Shown: positions 1 to 10,600 of the stretch, piece after piece
Position numbering within the stretch: the first letter of the stretch is position 1
Layout: the number at the start of each line of letters is the position of its first letter
Origin: Amphiscolops sp. MND2022
Lineage: Eukaryota
Reading direction: 5' to 3'
NCBI GenBank assembly: GCA_964187785.1
Contig: OZ076409.1
Coordinates: 53,570,001 to 53,634,000, forward strand
DNA: 64,000 nt
Made by a program: the position numbers and the translations under genes
Notes under the pieces: generated by a model
What the model was told of the DNA's origin: nothing
Database searches by the model: none
What the model saw: the letters and a program-made list of their open reading frames with translations, nothing else

Positions 1-422
1 TGGTTTTGAGCACTTGTGCTCAGCGGAGCCAGGAAAACTTCGTGAAAAGTGTTGTAAAAAGCAGCTGCAAGGCTCGAGAAAGCTAGTACGAGGCACAGAA
101 GGCCGTAATTTTGCCTTTGGTTGTGATAAAAGTGCCGATCTAGCACCAGAAAATTGCAAAAAAGTGGAATTTTGACCAAAATGGCACCCAGAAACACAGG
201 CGTACACTGGTGTAGAAGTATGAAAAAGCAGTGTACGGTGTTTTGTCAAGCGTAGTAAACCCACAGGACACTAACTGTAACTTTTACAGCGGATTCAGGC
301 AGCCTGGGGCTGACACGGTGCAAAAAACCGGTAATTTAAGGTGTTTTTAGGCATAGAAAGTGCATTGTCTGAAAGTCTTGAGGGTGAAGCTTAGTGGACC
401 AGAGCGAGTTTGAACGCTCTTG

Positions 423-689
423 TTTTCTGTTCTAGCAATAAAAATAGCGCATTGTGGTGAAAACCGCGTGCAAAAACTCCTTTTCAGTGTTGAGAAAAGT
501 GGAAAAACCTTGATTTTTAGTCAGTTTCAGGAGTGTCTGAGTACACAATTAAAACCCCTTGGGCACTCTGTCTTTTTGTTAGCTAGGAGCTTCCGCGCTC
601 TCATTTTCTGTTTTTATAATAAAAATAACGCATTGTGGTGAAAACCGCGTGCAAAAACTCCCATTCAGTGCTGAGAAAAGTGGAAAAAC
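423..689 (+). repeat. Imperfect direct repeat of about 85 bp (423-508 and 604-689)
   Basis: Both copies contain aataaaaata(g/a)cgcattgtggtgaaaa(a)ccgcgtgcaaaaactcc...tcagtg.tgagaaaagtggaaaaac. Confidence 0.85.
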
Positions 690-1908
690 GCACTGGATTT
701 GATCAATTTTCCACAAAACCGGACTGTCTCTGAGTTAGGGTCGGGTCATCGATTCCTGAACCCTAGCCAAAAAGTGGTTGCATTTTCGTAATCACCACAA
801 AATTTAACGTTAGTGCCGAAAATTTGGTGGGCGTATCGTTGCCCAAAGTTGAGAAAAGCTCTCTGACGTTTTAACTCCAGAGAAGCTGAAAAAGCCGAAA
901 AAATCCAAAACTGCAGGACTGTCAGTGCCTTATATCCAACGGGCACAACCAATTGAGGGTTTGTCCCAGTGCTACAGATAGTGGGGCAACACGTTGGTCC
1001 CATTTTGTCCGCCGTATCACTTTCTGAGGTGATCCTATTCGTCGATTTGTGAAAAAAGTCGTCAAAAACAGTGTTTTTTCGTGTACAACGTACATAGTGG
1101 GTCGGAACTTCAAATAAGCGCTTGCGCTTCAATTCGACCATATCAGCGGCATTGTAGGTGCCCTTTGGCATAAACTACCAAGTTTGGTGCCGATCTGTGC
1201 GATACTTGTCGAGAAAATAGGAAAAACGCGGCGCCCAAAAAGGTGTGCAAAAAGGCAGTTTTTTCTTAAATTTTCCGAGTAACCCGGGCACCTTAGCCAA
1301 CGGGTGGGGCCATATTGTAGCCCACCATCGTAACCTGTGCTAGTTCCTACGTCGTTGCAGAGAATTTGAGCTTGCTAGCTTTTTTCAGTGGACCGCAATC
1401 TTGAAAAAGACGTGAAAAACAGTGTATCCCGGTACATAGTGGTACCGCACGTCTGCACTTAGGTGAAACTGTGTAGAAGGGGTGCAGCTCAATTCTGTGT
1501 TTATTTTCGTAAACCTACACGTACCTAAGATCTGCTGGTCAATTTTGGGCTTGATACAGCGCCTCCAGCGCACACACGAGCCTCTTGAGTGTTGTAGTGC
1601 AAATTTTGGAAAATCCAAAAAATCTTTGAAATTCTTCCTGTGAGTGACCGGAGACGTTTTGCCCTGAACCAGGTTGATTTTCTGGCCCAGTGTGCTTGTG
1701 GAAAAGCGCTGTGCAAATTTGAACAGCCTACGAGCCTTAAAACGTATTTCGAGAAATTTGGGACGTTGCGAAACAGTCAAATTTCTTAAGTCCACACCGA
1801 GACGAGCCTAGAGCTAACAGCGACTCGACAAATCCCGCGTTCTTCGAGGCTTCTTTAAAGGCTACGTCCGAATCGTTGACACCTGCTCTGCCATTGGCAT
1901 CGTGTGTA

Positions 1909-4900
1909 ATGGTCCTACCAGGCCTGGAAAAGCTTGACATGAGTTCGCAGTCATGGGTGACCATAGGATCCACAATGGACGGTTCGCATTTTTCAGACGA
2001 AATGTCTGACGAAGTCACTATCGAGCAACAACGAAAGGAGGAACTGGCCGCCATGGTCCCTCCCTCCGAGGGTTCCGTTGCATCTGGAAGCTCTCGTCGA
2101 ACCGAACAATGGGTCGAAGAAACCTGTCGTGAAAGAGCCAATGAAGCAGAAGAAGAGTGGCCCAACTCAAACGTGACCAACGAACTTGCAGCTGAGGAAG
2201 GGTGCTCTCGCGCACCCCTAGGGGAAAAAATGAGCTCTCGCCTACAGATCACGGTGGATGAGGATCTTACCTACTCGGAGAACACGAGTGGTGCGAGACC
2301 GCAAGGGTCTGGAGTCACTCGAAGTAACACTAGAGTTTGTGCTTATGGCAAACACAAGAAAGTGCGACCACCCATGATAAATGTAGGTGAACGTCAAGTT
2401 GAGGTGCCTCGTAAGAGGAGCGTGGCAGGTTCAGTGGCATCGTCCCAACGATCTTCGGTGTACAAAGCAGCAATATTGGAAGCCCAAGCCGAGACCCAAC
2501 GTGCCTTAGCTGAACTGGCTAGCACTCGTGCTGGATGCAATGACCAACACCGTGCCATCGCAGAAAATATGAGAACATTGCAGACAACGATGCGAGAAGG
2601 TTTGCAGGTCAGTGATCAACTGCGAACCGCACAGAACACGCAGAGCGCTCGCGTAGATGCACTAGGCTACAGAATGGGTGAGATGAATGACCTTTTGATG
2701 GCCCGTGAACTTCGTGTGGAAACCCAGATCAATGACTTGAGTAACCAAATGCACACTGTGCTCAATGCTATCAACATCATGAGGCGCGAAAGGTCCCTCC
2801 CACGACAAGCTGGTGCCACTGAAGGTGTGCCAATCGCGAATTCAATTAAGGCCACGGAATCATCGCACCAGGGTCAGGCAACAAAACCCGAGTTGGCGAG
2901 CGTATTGAAGCCCAGCACCTCCAAGTCGACAACGCCTGGAACCCGAACCAAGGATCCTGTGCCCATCATGGCTGCTGTGGAGCGTAAACCTGCACGGGTG
3001 CAGGTAAGAGGGCCCCACGACTCCTCGTCGATGAGCCAAATAACATCCTCCATAGTTCGAAGTGCCACCCGAGACCAAGGTGTGGACCCGATGTCACCTA
3101 TCTATCTAGATACTTCTACCGAAGTTGATTTATCCTGTACTAAGGCCACACTAGGGTCCCAGACTGATGGAGCTGCGTATGCGACGGCCCCTACCATGGT
3201 TTCTGGAACGGACTCCCTGTATCTGACCGCCGACTGGACAGCTGAGGACGGGATGCCCTCGGGCACTCCTTGCGCGAGTAGCACTCGCAGGAAAGAAGAC
3301 GTGACGAACCTCTCAGTGCGAGCTACGCATGGCAGTGACGACGGTACTGATGATGTGGCACCCAAGGAAGGAGAGGCTGAAGTCATCTCTCCTGAGCAAT
3401 TGAGGTTCACTGCCGCCATTTCCAAAGCAATGTCCAAAGAACTAGCACCGTTACTTGCGGGACGTGACCTGGCTCAAACCAAACCCAGCGTGTATCGAGG
3501 CTCTAAGGACGGGTCTATTGATGGCTGGATCCTAGTGATGCAGCGGTACTTAAAGAGAATCCAAACCAAAATCTCGGCCGAAGATCGGGCCTGGAGCATT
3601 ATCGGTCACCTCGAAGGTGAGGCTCGCAACTACATCATCAACAAGGCAGAGTCTGAACGTGACACCCCCGAGAAGGTGTTCGAGTTGCTATCTAGTCGAT
3701 TTGGCGCGGGAGGAAATCGCATGCAGGTGCGGCAGACCTTCCAAAGCCGCGTCCAACAAGAAAAAGAAGACTGGATGCAGTACTTAGACGCTTTAGAGGG
3801 TCTCAGGAGCCAAGGATTCCCGCAAGAAAGTATCACTACTAAACGCTATGAAATCTTGCAACGCTTCATGGAAGGTGTGCGAGATCCAGTGTTGAGGCGT
3901 GAACTTGCTATAGTATACGCCTCGGAAACTTTTCTTACCGAACCCCCTACCGTGGAGTCCTTGCGATTTACCACACGTCAGCTGCAACGCAATCGTCCCA
4001 GACCCACCCAACCTCAACAACCCTATGATCCCCGATTAGCCATGAGGTCTAGACCTCATCCTTTCGCACCACTGCCGCCGAACAAGATGGTTATGCCGCA
4101 GGGCGTCTTGCCACCTCCGGCGCCCCCCCAAAATGTCCCAGCTCCGGCTGTCCCAGCTCCCGTCCGAGCGCCAGTAGGTGCTTGTTTTCACTGTGGGCAA
4201 AACGGACATTTTGCTCGCGAGTCCCCCAATCGTGACCAAGCTCGAAAACCAATGACTGCCTCCGAACCAGAGGGCGTGAAGGTGACCACGGAGGACACGA
4301 CCGATGGTATCCTTGAAGGTCATCCAGGGATCTATCAATGCGCGAGCTGTGGCCTTTTCGATCAGGCGGAAGTGCAATGTGGTGAGCACTCCCATGCGCC
4401 AAAACCCAATGAAGAGTTGGCCTACAATCGATGGGCTGAGGTCGAATCAGCTGGCATCGCCGCGCACACCGTACCTTTGGAGGATGACCGCGTGTTAATG
4501 CTACATCCAGCGGAACCGCCTGCGTTTCACACTCCGATGACATTCACTTGTGGTGCTAAGCAAGTTCAGACCTGCTTGGAACCCACAACGTTCGATCCGC
4601 AAGGACGTACGCTGATTTCAATTCACCTGTTGCTGGCAGCTGAGCAAACGCGTAGGCCGACGCTAACTCTGGCGAAGCTATGGGTCGAGTTGTCTATCCT
4701 CTACAAACGAAACGAGTTGCCTCGACCGAAGGAATGGTACGCTCCGGGAGAGTCTGCGACTCTGACAACGTATTCCCCAGTGCCAGTCTGCGCTTCAATG
4801 GATGGAGTGGATATGAAATTTGAAGCCTGTGTGGTGGTGGATGTATTTCCCCCTGGCATTTGTCTGGGTCCCCAGGAGCTCAAATGCTATAACATCAATC

Positions 4901-7662
4901 ACCAGGAGCCCACCGGCGAAGCGCGTATAGATGAGCGTGCGTCGCTCGTAGTCTCTTTCGTGGTGCCTCATGCAGCACCTATTCCGCTGCGAGGGCTGGT
5001 GGACACTGGCTCGGGCGTCTCCATACTGACGTTTTCCGCCTTCAACAGAGTGGCAGCTCGAACTGGAACGGTACTTAAACCCTACCAAGTTTACCTGTAC
5101 GCAGCCAACGGGAAGACAATAAAGACCTACGGCCTCGCAGAACACATCCATTTCCAGCTGGGAGGATACGAACTTGAAACGAACTTTGTGGTGGTAGATG
5201 ATGCAATGGGTGTGGAAGACTTCCTACTTGGCCGGAACTTTCTTCGATCCTACCAGGTGTTAGTGGATCTAACATCTATGAAGATTGTGGTGCGAGCACC
5301 AGTGAAGCCTGTGTGGCATCATGCTCACGCACAGGTAGGTGACACTTCAATAGCTACTCCAGTCGTTTTGGACAGTGACTTGGTCCTGCAACCTTTCGAA
5401 CGAGCGGTGGCTAGAGCCAAGCTCGTCACCAACACACTAGAGCCGCTGATTTTTCAAAGCGTAGCGCTCAATGCCTCTTTGTCTGACACTACGTTGCACA
5501 ATGTCGTCTTTTTAGAGGACAGCGTGGCCACTGTCAGTGAGACAGGAACACTCTTTGTGAGCCTGATAAATCTCACCAGCAACCCTCAACGCATGCGGTG
5601 TGGTGTACAACTGGGCACCGTAGTACCCGTAACGGTAGTATACCAAGCAGTACCTCAATGTTTGGATTCTCCCACTACAACCCGCACAAAAACTGACGCC
5701 GACGATAGTCGTGCAAATTTTGTTCATAAAATTTATAGTGAAGTGAATCTATCCACTGCTTCTGAGTTAACCTCTTCTTCCGAATTTGAGTTTTTGTCCT
5801 CTACTGACCCTAGCGAGGCAGGACTATCGGAGCGCGAGATTCGCAAACGAACGGACCCAGAGCTAATGGCTCCGATTCCTGGGCCGGAATCTCAGCTCAA
5901 GGCGGTCAAGGATTTGTGGGGCGCTAGCGCCTGCGAGTCTCTCCGTAACCTCCTCGATGAGTTCGATGAGCTGTTCATGAAACACAAAGCAGACATCGGT
6001 CGGTGCACTATCGCTAAGCACACCGTGGAGGTGGAACCAGGGGCTGTACCGCATCGCGAAGGTGCTCGCCGGATGTCCCCTGAGAAGGCCGAACGTGCCA
6101 ATCAGGAGGTACGGAACCTCTTAGCTCTGGGAATGATACAGCCCTCGCTGTCCCCCTGCGCGAGCGGCATTGTAATGGTGAAAAAGAAAAACGGGGAGTT
6201 ACGCTTTTGCTGCGACTTCCGCCCGTTAAATGAGGTAACCATTAAGGATGCTTATCCCTTGCCCCGCATTGATGAAAGCCTGGCACGGCTAGGCAAAGCA
6301 AAGATCTATACCAGCATAGACCTTGCTTGGGCCTTTTGGCAAATTCCCGTGCGAAAAGCGGATCGCCACAAAACCGCTTTTGCTTGTGAACTAGGACTTT
6401 TTGAGTGGCGGCGAATGCCATTTGGTTTGTGCAATGCATCTGCCACGTTTCAGCGGTCAATAGCGCGTGCGCTAAGGAATATTGTCAATCGTGAGGGCAG
6501 CATGGTCATGGCCTACATTGATGATATCGTGATTGCCACGGAGACTGTGGAAGACCATATGGTACGCCTACGTGAAGTCTTTGAATGTCTGCGTGAAGCC
6601 GGTTTCAAAATGCGCGTGGCCAAATGCGATTTCATGAAATCGGAGATCAAGTATTTGGGACGAGTGGTGTCCGCAGAAGGAGTGAAGCCCGACCCAAAAG
6701 CCGTCGTCAAGTTGCGCGATTGGGAAATTCCCCGTAACAAGACGGAGATGCAGAGTTTCCTTGGATTTGCCAACTATTATCGCGAATTCATTCCTTGGCA
6801 CGCTAAGCTGGTTGCACCCCTGCACGCCGTCACTGGACTGAATGCCACCTTCGCCTGGGGTCCTGAGCAACAAACCGCATTCAATGAGATCAAAAAAGCC
6901 CTAATCGAGGCAACTGCGCTCGCGCAGCCTGATTCCGAAGGAGAGTTTGTGTTGGACACTGACGCTAGTGCTGTCGCTATTTCAGGTATCCTGCACCAGT
7001 GGCAAGGTCCTCCGGGTGAACGACGCCTGAGACCGATAGTTTACGGTAGCAAGAAGCTCACCACCACACAAGCCAAATACGGAGCCCCCAAACTTGAAAT
7101 GTTCGCCGTCTACTATTTCATAGTGAAGAACCACAGCTATCTATGTCCCCGGAAATTCACCCTGCGGGTGGACAACCAAGCTTTGTCCTGGTTGAAAACC
7201 TACTCCACGGATCAAGCGCTAATCGGCCGATGGATTAAGACCCTGGAGAAATATCACTTTCGCGTGGAACACCGCCCGAGGACCCAACATCGAAACGCCG
7301 ATGGCTTGAGCAAACGAACCAACGAGTACCGATGCCGCGAAAAACAGCTTGCACAGCAGCCAGCTGCGGGCGAACGCTGGAACTTTCTTTCAGCTGACGA
7401 ATTTGATAAACTACCTGTTGCCCCATGGTTCGACCTTCAGGGTCGAGTCATCCCGAATCATCCCGAGTTACCTGCGCACCTGCAGAACTTGGAGCCTAAG
7501 GCTCCCAACCAATTGCTACGCGTGCTTCGCCGCACCAAACGAGCGAGCAGGAGGGACAGACAAGCAAAAGCATTCGCAGCCCTTTGCCACCTCCGCCTTC
7601 CCTTGCTCTGCAACCGCACGAGGATGCCTATCCAGACTACCCTGAGGACTGGATTGATGTGA
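1909..7662 (+). CDS. Element A Gag-Pol part 1: Gag, zinc knuckle, aspartic protease, dUTPase-like spacer, RT, RNase H
   Basis: Open frame 1876-7662, first ATG at 1909. Capsid-like HLEGEARNYI...FQSRVQQEKED...RFMEGVRD; knuckle CFHCGQNGHFARES with the last Cys replaced; protease LVDTGS; RT RFCCDFRPLN, MPFGLCNA, YIDD; RNase H LDTDAS, NADGLS. Confidence 0.95.
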   Translation: MVLPGLEKLDMSSQSWVTIGSTMDGSHFSDEMSDEVTIEQQRKEELAAMVPPSEGSVASGSSRRTEQWVEETCRERANEAEEEWPNSNVTNELAAEEGCSRAPLGEKMSSRLQITVDEDLTYSENTSGARPQGSGVTRSNTRVCAYGKHKKVRPPMINVGERQVEVPRKRSVAGSVASSQRSSVYKAAILEAQAETQRALAELASTRAGCNDQHRAIAENMRTLQTTMREGLQVSDQLRTAQNTQSARVDALGYRMGEMNDLLMARELRVETQINDLSNQMHTVLNAINIMRRERSLPRQAGATEGVPIANSIKATESSHQGQATKPELASVLKPSTSKSTTPGTRTKDPVPIMAAVERKPARVQVRGPHDSSSMSQITSSIVRSATRDQGVDPMSPIYLDTSTEVDLSCTKATLGSQTDGAAYATAPTMVSGTDSLYLTADWTAEDGMPSGTPCASSTRRKEDVTNLSVRATHGSDDGTDDVAPKEGEAEVISPEQLRFTAAISKAMSKELAPLLAGRDLAQTKPSVYRGSKDGSIDGWILVMQRYLKRIQTKISAEDRAWSIIGHLEGEARNYIINKAESERDTPEKVFELLSSRFGAGGNRMQVRQTFQSRVQQEKEDWMQYLDALEGLRSQGFPQESITTKRYEILQRFMEGVRDPVLRRELAIVYASETFLTEPPTVESLRFTTRQLQRNRPRPTQPQQPYDPRLAMRSRPHPFAPLPPNKMVMPQGVLPPPAPPQNVPAPAVPAPVRAPVGACFHCGQNGHFARESPNRDQARKPMTASEPEGVKVTTEDTTDGILEGHPGIYQCASCGLFDQAEVQCGEHSHAPKPNEELAYNRWAEVESAGIAAHTVPLEDDRVLMLHPAEPPAFHTPMTFTCGAKQVQTCLEPTTFDPQGRTLISIHLLLAAEQTRRPTLTLAKLWVELSILYKRNELPRPKEWYAPGESATLTTYSPVPVCASMDGVDMKFEACVVVDVFPPGICLGPQELKCYNINHQEPTGEARIDERASLVVSFVVPHAAPIPLRGLVDTGSGVSILTFSAFNRVAARTGTVLKPYQVYLYAANGKTIKTYGLAEHIHFQLGGYELETNFVVVDDAMGVEDFLLGRNFLRSYQVLVDLTSMKIVVRAPVKPVWHHAHAQVGDTSIATPVVLDSDLVLQPFERAVARAKLVTNTLEPLIFQSVALNASLSDTTLHNVVFLEDSVATVSETGTLFVSLINLTSNPQRMRCGVQLGTVVPVTVVYQAVPQCLDSPTTTRTKTDADDSRANFVHKIYSEVNLSTASELTSSSEFEFLSSTDPSEAGLSEREIRKRTDPELMAPIPGPESQLKAVKDLWGASACESLRNLLDEFDELFMKHKADIGRCTIAKHTVEVEPGAVPHREGARRMSPEKAERANQEVRNLLALGMIQPSLSPCASGIVMVKKKNGELRFCCDFRPLNEVTIKDAYPLPRIDESLARLGKAKIYTSIDLAWAFWQIPVRKADRHKTAFACELGLFEWRRMPFGLCNASATFQRSIARALRNIVNREGSMVMAYIDDIVIATETVEDHMVRLREVFECLREAGFKMRVAKCDFMKSEIKYLGRVVSAEGVKPDPKAVVKLRDWEIPRNKTEMQSFLGFANYYREFIPWHAKLVAPLHAVTGLNATFAWGPEQQTAFNEIKKALIEATALAQPDSEGEFVLDTDASAVAISGILHQWQGPPGERRLRPIVYGSKKLTTTQAKYGAPKLEMFAVYYFIVKNHSYLCPRKFTLRVDNQALSWLKTYSTDQALIGRWIKTLEKYHFRVEHRPRTQHRNADGLSKRTNEYRCREKQLAQQPAAGERWNFLSADEFDKLPVAPWFDLQGRVIPNHPELPAHLQNLEPKAPNQLLRVLRRTKRASRRDRQAKAFAALCHLRLPLLCNRTRMPIQTTLRTGLM

Positions 7663-10600
7663 CTGATGAAGCACGCGAAGATTATCTATTACCAACGCAT
7701 GCCGTAAATGTACCCTCGCGTACCGTCTATGCTATTGCTGGAGCGAATCCTGTTGCGTTGCAAGGCACTCCCTCGGGTGTGCGCGACTCAATTATGGCTC
7801 TTAATGATATCAACACTGAACTTCACGAACATGCTCACACCGTGCATGGTATCAAAGATTTGATTCTAGCCCAAAACCGTGATGTTCATGTGCTAGCACT
7901 CAAAAAGTTGGTGCTGAACGAATCTATCGATCATGACGTGTTTCCCGAGAACGTGCGTGAGTTCGCACGCAACTACTACCGCCAGAAGAAAACCCTCCTG
8001 TTTATCAACAAGAATGGTGTACTTTGCGTACAATACCCTCCCAACCAACGTCCCCTGCACGAACGTCCGTGCATGATCGTCATGCCACAACTGTACCAGC
8101 ATGAGATTTTATTCCGCGCGCATGACGCCATGGGACATCAAGGTATCTCCAAAGTGGTGGCTAGGATTCAAGAACGTCACACATGGCCTGGTATTCGACG
8201 CAGCGTGGGCCGTTACGTTGGCCAATGCCTCACCTGTCAACAAGTTCGAGATAAGCCTGGTGACGTCCGATTCCACCTAAAGAACATCCAAAGCGGATAC
8301 TTCAACGAATTGGTTCAATATGATCATCTGAAGATCTGCCCCTCAGACAGTAATAACACTGGCATCTTGGTCATAATTGACCATTTCTCCAAGTTCGCGG
8401 AAGCAGTGCCCTGTAGTCATCATGACTACGACGCTGTGACTACCTCTCGGTTGCTGTTACAAAAGTGGTTCGCCCGTCATGGCACACCCACTAGGATGCA
8501 GTCTGACAATGCCCCTAATTTGACTGCCGAGGTGTCCAACGAATTCCTAAAAGCAGCCCACGTTACCAAAGTAACCTCTACGGCTAGCCATCCGAGAACC
8601 CAAGGCTTGGTCGAGCGCCAAAATCGGACGCTGCTAACCCTACTGCGAGTTTTTTGTTCCCGCCGTATGCGCGATTGGGACCAATGTCTTGATGAGGTCA
8701 TGGGTGCCTACAACTCTACGAGGCACGCCACCACTGGCTTCTCACCCTACATGCTGACCCGTGGCGTAGAGAAGGCCATCCCTCTCACGTTCTTATATCC
8801 CGAGTTTGCAGCCAAATCATTCGAGTCGCATGAGGCGTATGTCGATCATGTACTGGCTCGCCAACAGGAAATACATGACCTGGTACGGCGTAACACGCAC
8901 CAAGCCCAATTGCGTCAAAAGTTAAAGTACGACCGTGCTATACAAGCGCGAGCTTACCAAGTAGGCGAGCTCGTCTGGGTTTTTTGCCGCTACGTACCGC
9001 AAAAGGGTTCTCCGAAATTGATGCGTGCTTGGCGAGGCCCGCACAAAGTGGTACAAGTCTTTCAGGACGGTCGTGTCTATGTACTAGACACAGGTCAAAA
9101 GGTTCATTTTGAGCGTCTTAAACCGCACCACAGTGGCCCACTTGAACTTGCTACTGCACACTCGGACAGTGGTGAGGTGGTGGTCCTTATGGACCCCGAA
9201 CCTGAACGTTCCGTCGACGTAGTTGATGACGACCAGTCTTTATCGTCGTATAAACCCGAACAACTACTTTCAGAGGCGTCCGATGCATCTTTGCCCTCAC
9301 GTCGACGTCACTGGATGGACACTCGACTACGCACGAAACTTCGCGCAGGCGGCTCCCGCCCGCATTATCAGCAATTTGACTATTCCACCTCGGGTACAGA
9401 CGACGAACTATCCGATGCCATGCTGCCAATACCTCCTAATCCCGTTGACGAGGATATGGTGGAGCCTGCGGCTCCTCCGACTACGTTGGATCAGTCGATA
9501 TCCCCTGCCCGTGTACTACCCCAACTGTTCTCTGACCATGAGCGCGTGCGCTCACCGTCTCCACAGATATCCTCCGAAGAAGAGACATCGTTACCAGGAA
9601 CCTCAGCATCCTTGTTGACGAATCCCTCGCTAACCAACTTTCTTAGTAACTATCCCATATGGCCGACCGCCCCTCCGATTCCCCTCAAATCTGCCAGCAG
9701 CGACAGCAACGTTCAGCCCGATCTGCCTGATGCTCCCGAGACTTCGCCAGGAGCGGGGACCGCTCCTTCTTTTAGAAGGGGGAGGGGGAGACCACCCAAG
9801 GCACAGAAGAAACGGCTGATTCGAGCGAAGGCAAGGACGAGGAAGAAAGAAACACCGAGAAATGCCGAAACTGAAACTGCGATCCAGGCCGAAACGGAAG
9901 CTCCCAGAACTGCAGAGACGCTAACAGAAGCATCTGCAACTGCTCTTAGGTATCAACTAAGGAGTAAACGACAGCCGCGCTACAAGTGTGGAACCTGCGG
10001 GCTGCGAGATTGTGTCTGCCTATTAGCTGTGAATGAGAACCGGAGGGTTCCCATTGGAGCCCGGGGAGTTCCTCCGGAAGAGAGAGAAAACTTGGTGTAC
10101 CGCCTCACGGTGCGGGCCGAGAAAACCTACTCAGCTGTAGAGCGGTCCGGAGACCACCCTGTGGACACTATCCTGGAGAAGTTGTCACTGCCTGGGGTAG
10201 CGAAGGCCCCTTGTCCTAGGTTTAAGGAGTGGACTAGCGATGGAAAGGGCCTGGAGTTTACCCTGCCCACGGTGTTGCCCCCCGTGCCTAGTAATATTGC
10301 GTTTGGACCATTCAATTTTGAAAGGGAACCTGTGCAGATGGTCCGATGCATCACTGCTGACTTGTTATGCGACAAGTATGGAGTCCAGGTGGAACCAGGA
10401 GGGGTATACAGCCCGGCTCCTCACTGGTGGCTGCTGGTAACAGCTCCACGAGTGGAGGCGCTGGTGGAACCGTTGAATCTGTTATCCTGTCTAGAGAGTC
10501 TGAGGACCCTCACCACAGTGGACTTAATACTTTGCTTCCATATCATAGACTGGTACCGAGGCAAGATGAAGTTCGCGTGGTGGCTGGAACTAATAATCAC

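Noticed and set aside
420..1795. Short ORFs on both strands upstream of element A gag
   Set aside because: No recognisable motifs, mostly non-ATG starts, and they overlap a direct repeat; consistent with non-coding leader.
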